Shown here: positions 24,497-55,503 of the stretch, piece by piece | Layout: every line of letters starts with the position of its first letter | Position numbering within the stretch: the stretch's first letter is position 1 | Source of the DNA: Antechinus flavipes | Taxonomy: Eukaryota | DNA length: 64,000 bases | NCBI RefSeq assembly: GCF_016432865.1 | Contig: NC_067401.1 | Span: 109,182,001-109,246,000, forward strand | Direction of reading: 5' to 3' | Notes under the pieces: model-generated | Seen by the model: the letters and a program-made list of their open reading frames with translations, nothing else | Told to the model about the DNA's origin: nothing | The model's database searches: none | Position numbers and translations under genes: made by a program

Positions 24497-25865
24497 TAAT
24501 CCTCTTTTTCTATATCCTTTATTGGTGATCTCATCAACTCTTATTGATTCAACTATAATTTCTAGGCAAATGACTCCCAAATCTACATACCCAGTTCTCA
24601 TCTCTCTCCTGAGCTGCAGTCCTGCATCACAAACTTCCTGTTGAACATCTTCATCTGGATGTTTCAAAAGTATCTTTAAAATACCACATATCCCAAACAG
24701 GACTCATTATCTTGCCCTCTGCCCTGCCATGGTCCTTACTCTTCATCTGGAATAGATCCATCTGGACCAGAGACTATCTTCCTTCCAGGATGGACTAAAA
24801 TACTTGGTGTGGTCCTTGGAGTTGGGTTTGTCTAATGAGTGGAAATTCTCCCAAAGAGCTACATGTAGCTGGCCCCAGGGCATGCTTCAAAACCACATAC
24901 CCAGGACATCTTGATATATTGACATCTACCCTTCTGCCACAAATTACCATCCCATCCTATATATGACCCAATGAATAAAGGCATGAAAATGAACTAGCTG
25001 ATGGCTTAACACCCCATATTCCTGTATTCCCCCAAACAAAAGCTCCTCTATCACATGCTGTCTCTCCCTTAAAATATAAGCTACTTTAGGGGAAGTACTG
25101 ATTTTTGTTTATATATCACTAGCATCTACTATAGTGATTAGCACATAGTAGGTGCTTAATGCTTTTCTTCAGTTAGTTATTCCTTCATTGCCCTCTCTAA
25201 TCTGTCCTTTCTCCAAATTTTCCTATTTCTATCTAGGGTACTACCATCCTTCTAGTCAACCAGGTTAACAACCTTGAAGTCATTTTTGGTTTTCTCACTT
25301 ATCTCATATCCAATCATTTACCAAGTTTCATATCATCTCATACATTCCTTTTCTTGACACACATATTATCCACACTATCATAATTTTTCCATTTTGTCTT
25401 TGTGTTGCCCCAAAGTTTAGTACAGTGCCTGGCACATAGCAGATTTTTAATAATACTTTTCTTGACACACATATTATACACACTATCATAATTCAAGCCT
25501 TAACACCCTTCGCTATTGTAATAGCCTTCTGGTCTCCCATTTCTCAGTTTTCCAATCTATTCTCTATATAGCTTCCAAAATAATCTTCCTAAAGCCTAAG
25601 CAATATTCCACCACTACTCAAGTATCTCAGTGGCTCTCAATTGCTTTTAACATAAAATACCCAAATTCTCAGTTTTGCATTTTTGGTTCTAGCCTACTTT
25701 TTCCAGATTTAATATTACTCTTTCATGTACTCTTCATTTCAGCCAAGGTTCACACTTTCCTGAACTTATTTCCTGTCTCTTTGCCTTTGTGCAAAATACC
25801 CCTTAAGCCTGGAATAATACATTTATTTTCTCTTCCTCTTTTGCTTCTTAAAATCCTTTGTAATT

Positions 25866-26123
25866 TTTCAGTTACGGCCATCTCTTCGTGACCCCATTTG
25901 GGTTTTTCTTGGCAAAGATACTAGAGAGGTTTGTCATTTCCTTCTCCAGCTCATTTTAAGATGTGAAAACTGAGTCAAATGGGGTTCAAGTGATTTGTGC
26001 AGGCAAATGAGGCAAGTGACTTGCCCAGAGTCAGGTAGCCAAGTAAGTGCCTGAGGTCAGATTTGAACTTAGGTTTTCCTGACTCCAGACCTGATGCTCT
26101 AGCCACTACGACACTTGGTTACC
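25866..26123 (-). mobile_element. MAR1-type SINE
   Basis: gtgaccccatttgggtttttcttggcaaagatacta...tccttctccagctc. Confidence 0.75.
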
Positions 26124-27880
26124 AGTTAGAATTCTTAACTTCCTTCAAGATTCAATGTGAGTGTTACCTCCCAAGGGGAAAGTCTCCTGATTAACTTGTA
26201 TTTATCTGTCTAAAAAAGTGTAGCGACAACATGGCATAGCAGGAAATGTGCGGGGTTGTACTCAGGAAAACCTCCCTTGCCCTTGCCTTGGGCATTAGCT
26301 AGGTGACACTGGAACTTCTAAGCGCTTCAAGCAGTTACATAGGACTTCACTACTACTAGGTTATAGACTGCTGCAATCTTTGTCAGTACTGGAGTTTCTC
26401 CAGAGGATATCACATATCTTTTGTTTATGCATACAATATTACATTGATTCTACTAACCATCAGCTATTAAACGCTTATGCACCAGGTCCTGTGCTGACAC
26501 ACTGTGGAGAATAAGCTTTATTAGGGCAGGGATTATTTTCCATTTTGTCTTTGTTTGCCCCAAGGTTTAGCACAGTGCCTGGCACATAGCAGATTTTTAA
26601 TAAGTATTTAGTAAGCTTATTTGTAGGATTGTATTAGGCCTTAAAGCTATGTACGAATCCTGCACCACCTGCTGCCTCCAATTGCTGAAGCAACAGTGAC
26701 CCTTAATGGCCAGGCTGGAAATTACAGCTCCAGTAACCTTTGGGAAGGACATAAATGGGTGAGCTAGAAGCAATTTAGGGATTATAGAATCATAGGTTTT
26801 AGAACTGAATGAGAGCTAAATTCAATTTTAAAGATAAAAGAGGCTTGCTGGCTATCATTTCTCATTTCACAAATGAGGAAATTGGGGCTCACAAAGTACC
26901 TGGCCCATAGAAGCTGCTTAATATAATTCTAGTTGACCAGACCTTACTTGATTCTCGGTGGTTCATAAAGTAAATTAATTCCTTTCCCCATATCTTCCAG
27001 TTGTTATTATAAAACACAACACAAAATGAAACCTGAGAATACTCAAGGCTATCCTTGACACAAAGTAATCACTCACATTCTACACAGACACACTTGCTCA
27101 TACAAACTCCTCACAGGGAGGGCGATGGGTCAGGGTGGAGATAGTTAAGTGTTTTCTGCACTGATCATTGGAAAGCCTACATTTTTAGTTATATCTCTGC
27201 TGTCTACTAGCTGTGTGGTCGTGGGTCATTTCTGCTCTTTTAAGCCATAGTTCTCCTATCTGTAAAATGGGGGTGATTCCTATCCTGCCTACTTCACAAG
27301 GCTGAGAATCTTAAATGAAACTATGGATATGAAAATACTTTATAAAGTAGTTTGGCCTGGAAGAGTCAGGATGAAAGATTTAGAGCTACAAGGGATCACA
27401 GAGGTCATTTAATCTAATTCCTTTCTGTTTTAGGTGGGGACATTGAGGACCAGAGGTTCGTTGATTTTCCCCAGGCCTCATTTGCTAAACATTCACATCC
27501 CATGAACTTAGGATTCAAACCTAGGTCCTTTAACTCCAGATCCAAACCACAAGCTGCTTCCCTACCTAACTGAACCAGGTACAGCCACCTCAGGGAAGAA
27601 AAAGAAAGCCCCTTCCTTCAACTTCCTTCCCACCTCTCCCCACCCTTACCCCAAGATTCAGAGAGAATACAGAGTCACTGGGAGAATATCAGCTTCATGT
27701 TGAGTGAAAAAAACTGAAGCTGGAGAGTAGGGGTGGAGCATGGAAGATCAGGGGAATGAGGTATAGTAGCATAGAGTCACAGCATACTCCCTCCCATTAC
27801 CCCTGGCACAGCCCTTTGCTCCCTCCAACCAGGCAAAGAGCGTGTGAGCCAGCTCCTCCACCTATCCCCGCTTTCCAGGC

Positions 27881-45446
<17,566 letters not shown>

Positions 45447-45949
45447 GGTACGGGGCGTTCCAGTCCACAAGCACACTGTCTGCTTCTGTCACGGATACTC
45501 CAGCATCCTTCGCACTACCCAGCTCAGCCTGGGGAGAAAGGGCACAGCTTGCCCACAGTCCCAACTATCTCCCAAACACTAACGGGCAAGTGAAAACAAA
45601 CACCACAAACAGATACAGGCAAACAACTGGCACACTGACGGGTTGTCAGCAATGATTCATTTCAGATCCTGGGGACTGGCAAGCACCTGACCAGAAGGCA
45701 TCGGGACCCTGATAGCCAACCCCTAGAGGCCCTCCAGTGGGCCAAGGCCTCAGACTGGCCAGTCCTGCCCACACAAGCCGGCAAAAAGGTTCCGGTCATT
45801 CTCTTGGACCCGTTCTCCCCTATCTGACCTCGAACAGTCCTGTCTGTTCTAAATCTAAAATAATACGAGGCTCTCCTTACACCCCCCCCCCCCACACACA
45901 CAGAGCCCCTTCCTCAGCTGCCCCTCCCCCACATAGCTGCTTCTCAGCC

Positions 45950-46900
45950 CCCTTTCCTTACTGCGCTCCGACGGCTCCCCCAGACGCTCCCTCGGCCCAC
46001 TTTGGCCTTTCAATCCTCCCCAGCCCATCTTCCCCTCAGCCCCTCCCCCCTCATTTCATTGTGCCCCCTGCTCAGCCCCCCCTTCCATAGAGACCCCGCC
46101 CCCTCACTGGACTCCTGGCCCAGCCTCAGGTCCGACTCCGCCTCCAACTTAGCAGCCGCCGGTTTGCACATAGGCCTAACGGCCCCGCCCCCTCCAACGG
46201 CCCGCGCGTGCCCAGAGCACAGGCTGGGATGGGAGGAACCGGGCCCGCGGAGGGGGCGGGCCTGCCAACCTCGGCGTCCAGACGGGACGGAGAACTGAAA
46301 GCCAATTAGGATGAGGAGCAGAGTCCCCGAGTGTTACATAAACGGGGATTGGGAAAAATAAGCCAATCAAAAGCGAGAAGCGAAGTTTCTAAGGCGTTCA
46401 TCGAGGGAGGAGCCAGGTAGGAAAGGGGCGGGGCTAGAGGTTGGACGCCGCGGCTCGAGCTTCCGAGGAGTTCCTTCGCCTCTCCCCTGAGCGTCTCCTC
46501 CCTTGATTTCCCCCAACGAAAGCCGGCTTAGTCTATTAAATCTCAAGCCCCCACCCCTTTGGGGCCCGACACTGACTACTGAATCCAGCCTGCATTTCCT
46601 AAAGGATGCTCTCCTCCAGATGGGGGACGCGTGTGGGGGTGGAATGGATAAAGAGCGGGCCAGTCTGGGATTCACGTCAGAACCCTGAGACCCGAGGGCT
46701 CGGATTCTATTCGAGGCACTCTCCTTCTCCCACCCAAGCAATTCTCTGGCCTTCTGCGTGGGAGTGGGAGTTCTGCACTAGGGGGAGGGGAGACGGGGAG
46801 TTTTCTCTGTGGGGACTAACCCGTACCAACGAAAAGTCGCCCCCGAAAAAGGCTGTAGGGTGAAGGTTACCGAAAGGGAGTGAGAAGAACTGCACACCTG
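45950..46900 (-). promoter_or_regulatory. CpG-rich promoter, probably of the DAPK-like gene
   Basis: CpG-dense against an AT-rich background. GC boxes at 46096, 46185, 46254, 46425; CCAAT boxes at 46302, 46348, 46363; candidate minus-strand donors CCA|GTGAGG (46107) and GCA|GTAAGG (45961). Confidence 0.7.
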
Positions 46901-47989
46901 GGGGACGTTACTGAATCCGGTGCTTGAGCAGGGCCCGTCTGCTTTGCTTTGTCAGAGGGAAATTCTCATGCTGGATTCGGGGAAAGTAAGTCTATAAACC
47001 AATAAAATCATGGTTTGCGCATTTAAAAAAAATACAAGAACACTTTTTGGACGTGGCCAACTTGAGAACTTGTTTTGCTTGACCAATGTTTGATACAAGA
47101 GTTTCTTTTCTCAATGAAGAAAAGCAAGAGGGAGAGGAAAATGGGTTTTTATTTATTAAAGTGTTAAAAATCCATTTTTAAAAATTATTAAAACACTAGT
47201 GGATGCAGGACAGGCAGCTTAATGTGATAACGGTGGCCAGCATTTATATAGTACTTTTAAGATTTGCAAAGTACTTTACAAATACTGCCTTATTTTTATC
47301 CTCATAACTACAATCCTATTATTCCCATTTTTCAGATGAGAAACTGAAGCAAAAAGAGTGACTTGACCAAGGTTACACAGCTAACCATTATCAGAGGTCA
47401 GGTTTGAACTCAGGATTTCTGTGGCACTAGCCACTAGGACACCTAGCTCTATGTTCTAATATCCCAGCGATGATGGAGGCTGGTATTGGCAGTGATTGAG
47501 AGTTTTGACTAAAAGTGTGAATTCCTAGGAATTGGACCAAACTTACATATAAAACAGTGTCTATAGTTCCGTCACAACATGGCAGGGGGAAATCCACATG
47601 CAGAAGCTATCCCACATCTGGGCCAGTTCTGATGTTCTCCACCCTGGTCCTTTTGGATTCAGTCTGGACCTTAGCCAGGCATGCACTAGAAATTTGCCTG
47701 AAGTTCTAATTTTTCTGGTTCCAGACTTTGAAGGACTCTTTAAAAAGAGGAGTTTGCTCTAAAATTTATTAGCAATTACTATGTATGCAAAACTGTGCCA
47801 TCACTGGGGATACAAATAGAAAATCTCAATTCCTATGCTCAAAGAGCTCATATTTTAATTAGGGGAAACAACACAAAAAGGTATGTTCATATTCTGTTTA
47901 GTTAATGGTAGATGGAAAGGCTGGATAGTCCTTAAGCAGGGAAAGTAACTGGGAGACAAGGCCATAAGGACTTTGGGGAATAATGGCAG

Positions 47990-49760
47990 GGAAAACAGTT
48001 CCCTATTAAGATAGTGCGTACAAACCTCTTATATTGGCTAAGATGACAGAAAAGAAATGATGAATGTTGGAGGGGATGTGGGAAACGCTGGGACATTGTT
48101 GGAGTTGTGAACTGATCCAACCATTCTGGAGAGCAATTTGAAACTATGACCAAAAGGCTATCAAATTGTGCATGTCCTTTGATCCAGGAGTGTTTCTACT
48201 GGGATTATATCCCAAAGAGATCTTAAAGGAGGGAAAGGGACACACATGTGCAAAAATGTTTGTGGCAGCCCTTCTTGTAGTGGGAAGAAACTGGAAATTG
48301 AGTGGATGCCCATCAGTTAGAGAATGGCTGAATAAATTATGGTATATGAATGTTATGGAATATTATTATTATGTAAGAAATGACCAGCAGGATGAATACA
48401 GAGAGGCTTGGAGAGACTTGCATGATGCTAAATGAAATGAGCAGCACCAGGAGATCATTGTACATGGCAACAAGACTATACGATGATTAATTCTAATGGA
48501 CGTGGCTCTCTTCAACAATGAGATGATTGAGGCTAGTTCCAATGATCTTGTGAAGAGAGCCATCTACACCCAGAGAGGATGGTGGGAACTGAGTATGGAC
48601 CACAACATAGCATCCTCATTCCTTCTGTTGTTGTTTGCTTGCATTTTGTTTTCTTTCTCAGTTTTTTTCCTTTCTTGATCTGACTTTTCTTGAGAACAAG
48701 CTAACTGTATAAATATGTATACATATATTGGATTTAACATATATTTTAATATATTTAACGTGTATTGAACTACCTGCCATCCAGGGGATGGGGTAGAGTG
48801 TTGTAATCTTTACAAACTGCTAACTAATTAGAGTTGATCTAATCTTACAAGAAGATGTTTTGGGCAGAACCTGAAACAAGGTACTAAGTAGAACTAATTA
48901 GTACAATGCTTGTGTTTTCACCTTTACTCATTGGAGTTCACAAGTATGCCAGCTTCACAAAGTAAACTTTGTAACTTTGTGAGTTCACACCTCCCTTGAA
49001 GCTCTTTGGGCCAGAGAGCACTATGGGAGAAAACCCATAATCCCTCTCTCTCGTATCCCACAATTCATCCCTCCTGTATAAAAGAAACAGACAGAGGCTC
49101 TCGGTCAGATTTCAGCGGAATTACGCCAGAAGCCCTCTCTCTGAGGCAAGGCAGGAGAGAATATTTTCCACTTGGCTGGCTGGTCGCAGAAGAGAGTTCA
49201 GCTGCATTGGAGAGGAGCACTCTGGTGCAGACACAGAGACTTTGGGAGATTTCAGCGGAATTACTGCAGAAGCCCTCTCTCTGAGGCAAGGGAGAATATT
49301 TTCCATTTGGCTGGCTGGTGGCAGAAGAAGAGTTTTCAGAGGATAAAGCTATGAGTGGAGAGTTCAGTGGACAACCAGATTCATCTTCATCTCACACCAC
49401 TGTAGTTGGTGGCTGGGCTCCTGCACTTCCCCCACTGAGACCAAGCTGGTCTGAAAGACTCACCAGAAAGCCAGCCGAGCCCCAAGTGAAGGAGACAAGA
49501 GATTCATTCCATCTCTGTGCTGGTTGGAGGCTGAAGAAAGCAAAGGCAGAGGCTAAATGACAGAACCTTTGGATTTGGAGACATTCGGAGGGCTCTAACC
49601 TAAACTGGCTGTGATTTGAGAAGAACAAGAACTCCAACATTTGAACTCACCACAGTAGAGGAAGGAGGGAAAATTTGGAACAGAAGGTTTTACAAGGGTC
49701 AATGTTGAAAAATTACTCATGCATATGTTTTGTAAATAAAATGCTTTAATAAAAACAAAC
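47990..49760 (+). mobile_element. Older L1 ORF2-end and 3' UTR, split by an LTR
   Basis: ORF 48166-48435 (FDPGVFLLGLYPKE...WNKLWYMNVMEYY); 3' UTR resumes at 49661. Confidence 0.85.
48799..49654 (+). mobile_element. Solo LTR, 856 bp, 6-bp TSD (ERV2-like by TSD length)
   Basis: TGTTG...CCACA, exact TSD GTAGAG (48793-48798 and 49655-49660), TATAAAA at 49077, internal duplication with about 140-bp period. Confidence 0.85.
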
Positions 49761-51866
49761 AAAAAGAAAATGTATTTTTACATGTAATTGGAAAAATAAA
49801 GTACTACTAAGGAAAATAAAAGTTACAGTGGAATAGATCTGGAAAAAATGTTTCCAGAAAAGATAGGGATGTGGGTAAAAATTGCTCTTACGCAAGGAAA
49901 ATCTTCCTTAGGATTATTATTCAAAATGAAATGGCTACCTGGGAATTTGGTCTTCAAGGTGAGTCAGGATAAATACTTGTCAAAGTGACCATAAATGGCA
50001 CAAGTTAAGCTAAATGATCTGTAAGGTCCCTAGTAACTTATGAAAAATTCAAAGGATGGAAGTAGCTTCAAAGGCCATACACTTTAATCCCTTTATTTTT
50101 CAGAGGAGGAAATTGAGGCCTTGGGATGTGAAATGACTTGCTCAAAATCACAGAAGCAGTAACAGTCAGAGTTGAAATTTTAACTCAGGTTCACTAATCC
50201 CAGACTTGGAATACTTGCCATCAGACCATTCTATAGTTAATTTTATAATTCTTTGACTCCTAGGTGTTTCTATCAGAGTATGCATCTATGTTTATATTTC
50301 TGAAACCAAAACTATAAATAGCTCATCCCCAAACATCTCTCACTGCCCTTCGAGCTCCTGTGATTATTAACTCCTGTTTGATTGTGACTCGCTTTTTTTG
50401 GTAAAGATATTGGAATGGTTTGCCATTTCTTTCTCCAGCTCATTTTGCAAATGCAAATACAATTACCTATTACACAAAATATTATGTAAGTACTTAAAGA
50501 AAAGCAAAATAACGTATCATATGAAGTCTACATTTTGAAAGTGTTGGCACAGATTTTTTTTCTGTATAACTATTTGAATGTCTATATTTACAAATATATG
50601 TATAGGTACACACATATTGGCTTTTTCCCAGAATCTTTCTGTCTTTTCAGGGTCCTGAAGAGAATTTGGAATCAAGTGTCTTCGTTCTTAAAGATAGAAG
50701 TCAAAAGACCAGAGATCTCTCTTTCAGTCTGTCACATATTCCATGCAATATTGAATAATCACTCTCTGGCAAGGAGGGGAATATGCAAATGAGCCTTTTA
50801 TTATCCACAATAATGTCTGTTCCCCAATGCTTCTCCTAAGCTTTTTTTCTTCAACACTCAGAAATACCATCTCTTTGCTCATCATGATTCATAGACAGAT
50901 ATAAATATGGTTATGGATACAGAGATACTATCTGACAATAAGCTGGGTAAAGAGCAATGACAGATTCCTGTGGAGGTGGGGTAGGAACAGGGGAACAAGG
51001 ATAGAAAATACACATTAAGGGCCTTCTATGTGTTGATCACTGTGCTAATTGCTTTACTAATATCTCAATCAGTCAATAAATATTACTTACTATATGTCCA
51101 AACAATGTGCTAAGAGCCAGGGATACAAAAAAGGCAAAAGATAGTTCCTGCTCACAAAAAGTACATTGGGGGAAACCGCAGGCACAATACTGTGTGTGAA
51201 TGAGCTATGGATAGGACAAAAGAGAAACAGACAACAGAGGGAAGGCTGGAATAAAGAGGGGTTCTGATGGGCTTCCTGTAGAAGATAACATTTTGCTTGG
51301 AACTTAAAGTCAGGGAAGCCAGTAGGAGCAGGAAAGTATTCCAGACTTGGGGAGACAGCCAGTGAAAATACCTAAAGCCAAGTGCCTTGTTCATTGAATA
51401 ACAGGATGCTAGTGTTGCTAGATCTGAGAAAATGTAGCAAGTAAGTGTTAAGAAGACTGGGATGGGATGGGTGAGGAGGAAGAAACTAGATTATGAAGGG
51501 CTTTGAATGCTAAAGAAAAGATTTTGTAATTGATTCTTGAAATAATAGGGAGCCACTGGAGAGTATTGAGTGAGGATGACTCAGAGGGAGTAGCATGATC
51601 TCACTGATCATAGAATGTTAGGATTGGAAGAGACCCCAGAAACCATTTAATCTGACCTCATTAGTAATAGCTCATAATTAGTAATGCCACCAGGATAACT
51701 GGGTGTTCAGGTATGAGAGTAAGGGGATCAGAAGCTCAGGGCTTAGAACACAGGGGAAAATTCTTGGAACTGGTGATGTTTACTCTGAGCCTTTCCCTTC
51801 CAGTCCTTCTTTCACTCTCCATATCTATAAAGTCACATTTTGGTTTTCCTTAAAAGGTTTCCCTCT

Positions 51867-52677
51867 GACACTAATGCATTGTTGATGGAGTTGTGAACAA
51901 ATCCAACCATTCTGGAGAGCAATCTGGAATTATGCCCAAAAAGTTATCAAACTGTGCATACCCTTTGATCCAGCAGTGTTACTACTGGGCTTATACCCCA
52001 AAGAAATACTAAAGAAGGGAAAGGGACCTGTATGTGCCAAAATGTTTGTGGCAGCCCTGTTTGTAGTGACTAGAAACTGGAAAATGAATGGATGCCCATC
52101 AATTGGAGAATGGCTGGGTAAATTGTGGTATATGAATGTTATGAAATATTATTGTTCTGTAAGGAATGACCAGCAGGATGAATACAGAGAGGCTTGGACA
52201 GACTTACATGAACTGATGCTAAGTGAAATGAGCAGAACCAGGAGATCATTATACACTTCGACAACGATATTGTATGAGGATATATTCTGATGGGAGTGGA
52301 TTTCTTTGACAAAGAGACCTGAGTTTCAATGGATAAATGATGGACAGAAGCAGCTACACCCAAAGAAAGAACACTGGGAAACGAATATGAACTATTTGCA
52401 TTTTTGATTTTCTTCCCGGGTTATTTTTACCTTCTGAATCCAATTCTCCCTGTGCAACAAGAGAACTGTTCGGTTCTGAAAACGTATATTGTAACTAGGA
52501 TATACTGCAACATATCTAACATATATAGGACTGCTTGCCATCTATGGGAGGGGGTGGAGGGAGGGAGGGGAAAAATCGAAACAGAAGCGAGTGCAAGGGA
52601 TAATGTTGTAAAAAATTACCCTGGCATGGATTCTGTCAATATAAAATTATTATTAAATAAAATAAAATTTAAAAAAA
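51867..52677 (+). mobile_element. Young 5'-truncated L1 with TSD
   Basis: ORF2 C-terminus, 3' UTR, polyA; TSD AAAAGGTTTCCCTCT (51852-51866 and 52678-52692) at a TT/AAAA site. Confidence 0.95.
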
Positions 52678-55352
52678 AAAAGGTTTCCCTCTCAGGGAAG
52701 TTCCTGGGCTTTAGACCCCTTATTACTAAAAATAACTAGATTTCTAAGATCCTAGGTTCAAATCTGGCATTTAACTAGCCTTGGGACTGTGGATAAATTA
52801 TTCAATCTCCCCAAGTTTAGGGCAGCTCTCTAAAAGTTATAGATGATTAGTTTTGATCTTTGTTAGGTAGAGGAATACCCCCACCTACCCATTTACTAGA
52901 AATCACAAGTTTTTGACTTTATAGCAATGAGCTTTGTTTGATTTTGGGGAAAGTGCTTTTTCAGCCTTAAGGCACCCCAGAAATAGGAATTACTATTAAT
53001 CAAATGCATGAAATGCTTTTCCTCCCCATCTCTTTCTCCAAGCTTCCCTGGTTTCCTTCAAGACCCCCAATTAAAATCTCATCTTCCACAGGAAGTCCCT
53101 CCAAATTCTTATTTCTAGTTCCTTCTCTCTTTTGATTGCTTCCTAATTATCCTATTATATGACATAGCTTGTTCATATATACTTGTTTAGATTATGAGCT
53201 TCTTCTGAACAGGGAGTATTCTTTTTCCTTTTGGGAGGGTTTTTTTTGGGAGGGTATTTTTTATTCCTAGTACTTAGCACAATGGCCCAGAATAGATGCT
53301 TAATAAATAAATGCTTATTGACTTATCGACTAAAATGATGAGTTTAAAAGAGATGCCCTCTAGGGTAACTTCCAGCTCTAATATCTGATTCCATATGGCT
53401 GCATGTAGAAAGCATGTGTATATTTGTAGAAGAGAGCAAATATGGGAAATATAAGAAAATGTTAAGTAGCTTGTGAACAGAAAAAAAATCTATACCAGCA
53501 TTTGCCAGACATAGAAGATATTAACACTTCATGTACATTGCTGTTACTCATAAATGTGGGTACCCTTTAGAATTACACTCTTTATTGATGTGGAAAACAG
53601 TTGTGTGTAACAAGTATTTGGAGTGTGAAGTGAATAGAGAGGTAGTCTTTGAGGCAGGAAGACCTAGACATTCTGCTTCTGGGCATATATTCTGTCCATA
53701 GTCACTCCTCCAATTTCTATGCCTAAGGAACCTCTCTAAAGATTATACAGAAAGAATTACCTATTTGCATCACTAAAGAGAATTTCTAAGTAAATAATTG
53801 GAATAAATAATTAAAATCAATGGGCTTAAAAAAAAATAGGCACACACACACACTCCTCCAAATAACATTCAGGACTCTTTTCAAATGAGTATAGCCCTCT
53901 GCCCCAAAGCTTTGTGGGGAATGTAGTCCTATGCTCCCCAAGATTCCCTTACAAATGATTTTATATTAAATTTTGCTAAATCTTGGAAATCAGTCAACCT
54001 ATTCCTGCAAAAATGCACTCTACAACATTCTAGACAAGTAGTCATCCAGTCTTTTCTCAAAAAGAAACACAAAGCTAGTGGCAAAATATTCTGTCAATGT
54101 ATCAATTCTCATGGAATGATATAATCACATTTTAGGAAACACATTTTAAGAAATGCAGAGCCCAGAGAACAGTATATTCAAGGCTGTCTTTGCATCCTAT
54201 GTGCACATATATAAGACAGCATAACATAAGATGTCTTTGCATTTATCTCCCTCAATCTCATCTTCCCAAGAAGTGATGACTTAAGACATATATGGCCAAT
54301 GTAGGAATTTGTTTTGCTTAACTATGCATATTGGGAGGATAGTTTTTATTTTTTCAATTAACATTTAAAATTAATCTGTATAACATAGTATTTCTTTCCA
54401 GACATTGAGGAAATTTTGAAAAACAAAATAAAGCCCTCAAAACATAGCTGCATAGTCTGGCAAAACAAATTCCCACATTAGCCATGTCCAAAAATGTGTT
54501 TCTTTCTGCATTTTAGCCTCATCAGCTCTCCTTCAGAAAGTGAGGGATATATTTCATCTTCATTCGTTTAGATTTATGACTTCTCATTGCATTGATCAGA
54601 GTTTTAGTCTTTCAAAGCTGTTTTTCTCTAGAATGCTGTTATAATTCTATACATTGTTCTCATAGTTTTTTCTTTACTCTGAATCAATTCATATAAGTCT
54701 GCCCAAGTGCCTCTGAAATTTTCCATATCATTATTCTTTATGGCACAGTAATATTCCATTATATTCATTATTACAATTTGTTTAGTCATTCCCCAGTAGG
54801 AAAACACTCCCTTAGTTTCCACTTTCTGGCAATCACTAAAAGAGCTTCTATAAATATTTTTGTCCATTTACATCCTTTTCCTCTTTCTTTGGGGAATAGG
54901 CCCAATAGTGATTGATTTAACACCTATGCATCTTTAATATTAGGGCTTTGATTTTTTTTCTTTTTGTGGGAGAGGGGGTGGAAGAAAGGGAAAGGAGAGA
55001 AGGTAGGCTTTTGTTCACTGAAAAAATTAGATTTAATTTTTAAATTTCATCCTCCTAATTCTTCGTGGTCAAAGAAGTAGCTTCCCTTGTCTCTGATTCT
55101 TTTAACTACTAACTTCAACACATGAAGAAAGAAGTATAGAATATGTAAGGAAGAAAAAGAGGGGAAGAGATGGGGAGGAAAAACAAAAGAGGGGGAGGTG
55201 GATAGGAATCCCTTTCCAGTCATGTTTTTGGTACAAGATTATTTTCAAAAGTCTCAGTGGGGAATTTAATCACAGGAGGAAAAGGCAAGTGGTACTTGGA
55301 AATCCTAGTTTTTCAGTATTGGAACGGTCCTTTGAGACCAATCACTCCATTT

Positions 55353-55503
55353 TGGTTAAATGATCGTTGAGGTCATAGCACTAGTGAGTGGTTAAATGTC
55401 TTAGTTGAGGTCACAGCACCAGTGAGTGGTTTACATGTCTTAGTTGAGATCTCAACACTAGTGGGTGGTTAAATGTCTTAGTTGAGGTCACAACGCTAGT
55501 GAG
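55353..55503. repeat. Minisatellite, 4 units of about 38 bp
   Basis: Consensus tggttaaatgtcttagttgaggtcacagcactagtgag; units start at 55353, 55389, 55427, 55466. Confidence 0.9.

Noticed and set aside
26400-27880. Polyadenylation site of the DAPK-like gene
   Set aside because: Candidate hexamers (ATTAAA at 27408-27413, AATAAA near 26520 on -) fall inside SINE/L2 remnants, so none is supportable without 3'-end data.
55353-55503. CRISPR-like array
   Set aside because: Units are head-to-tail with no unique spacers, and the DNA is mammalian.
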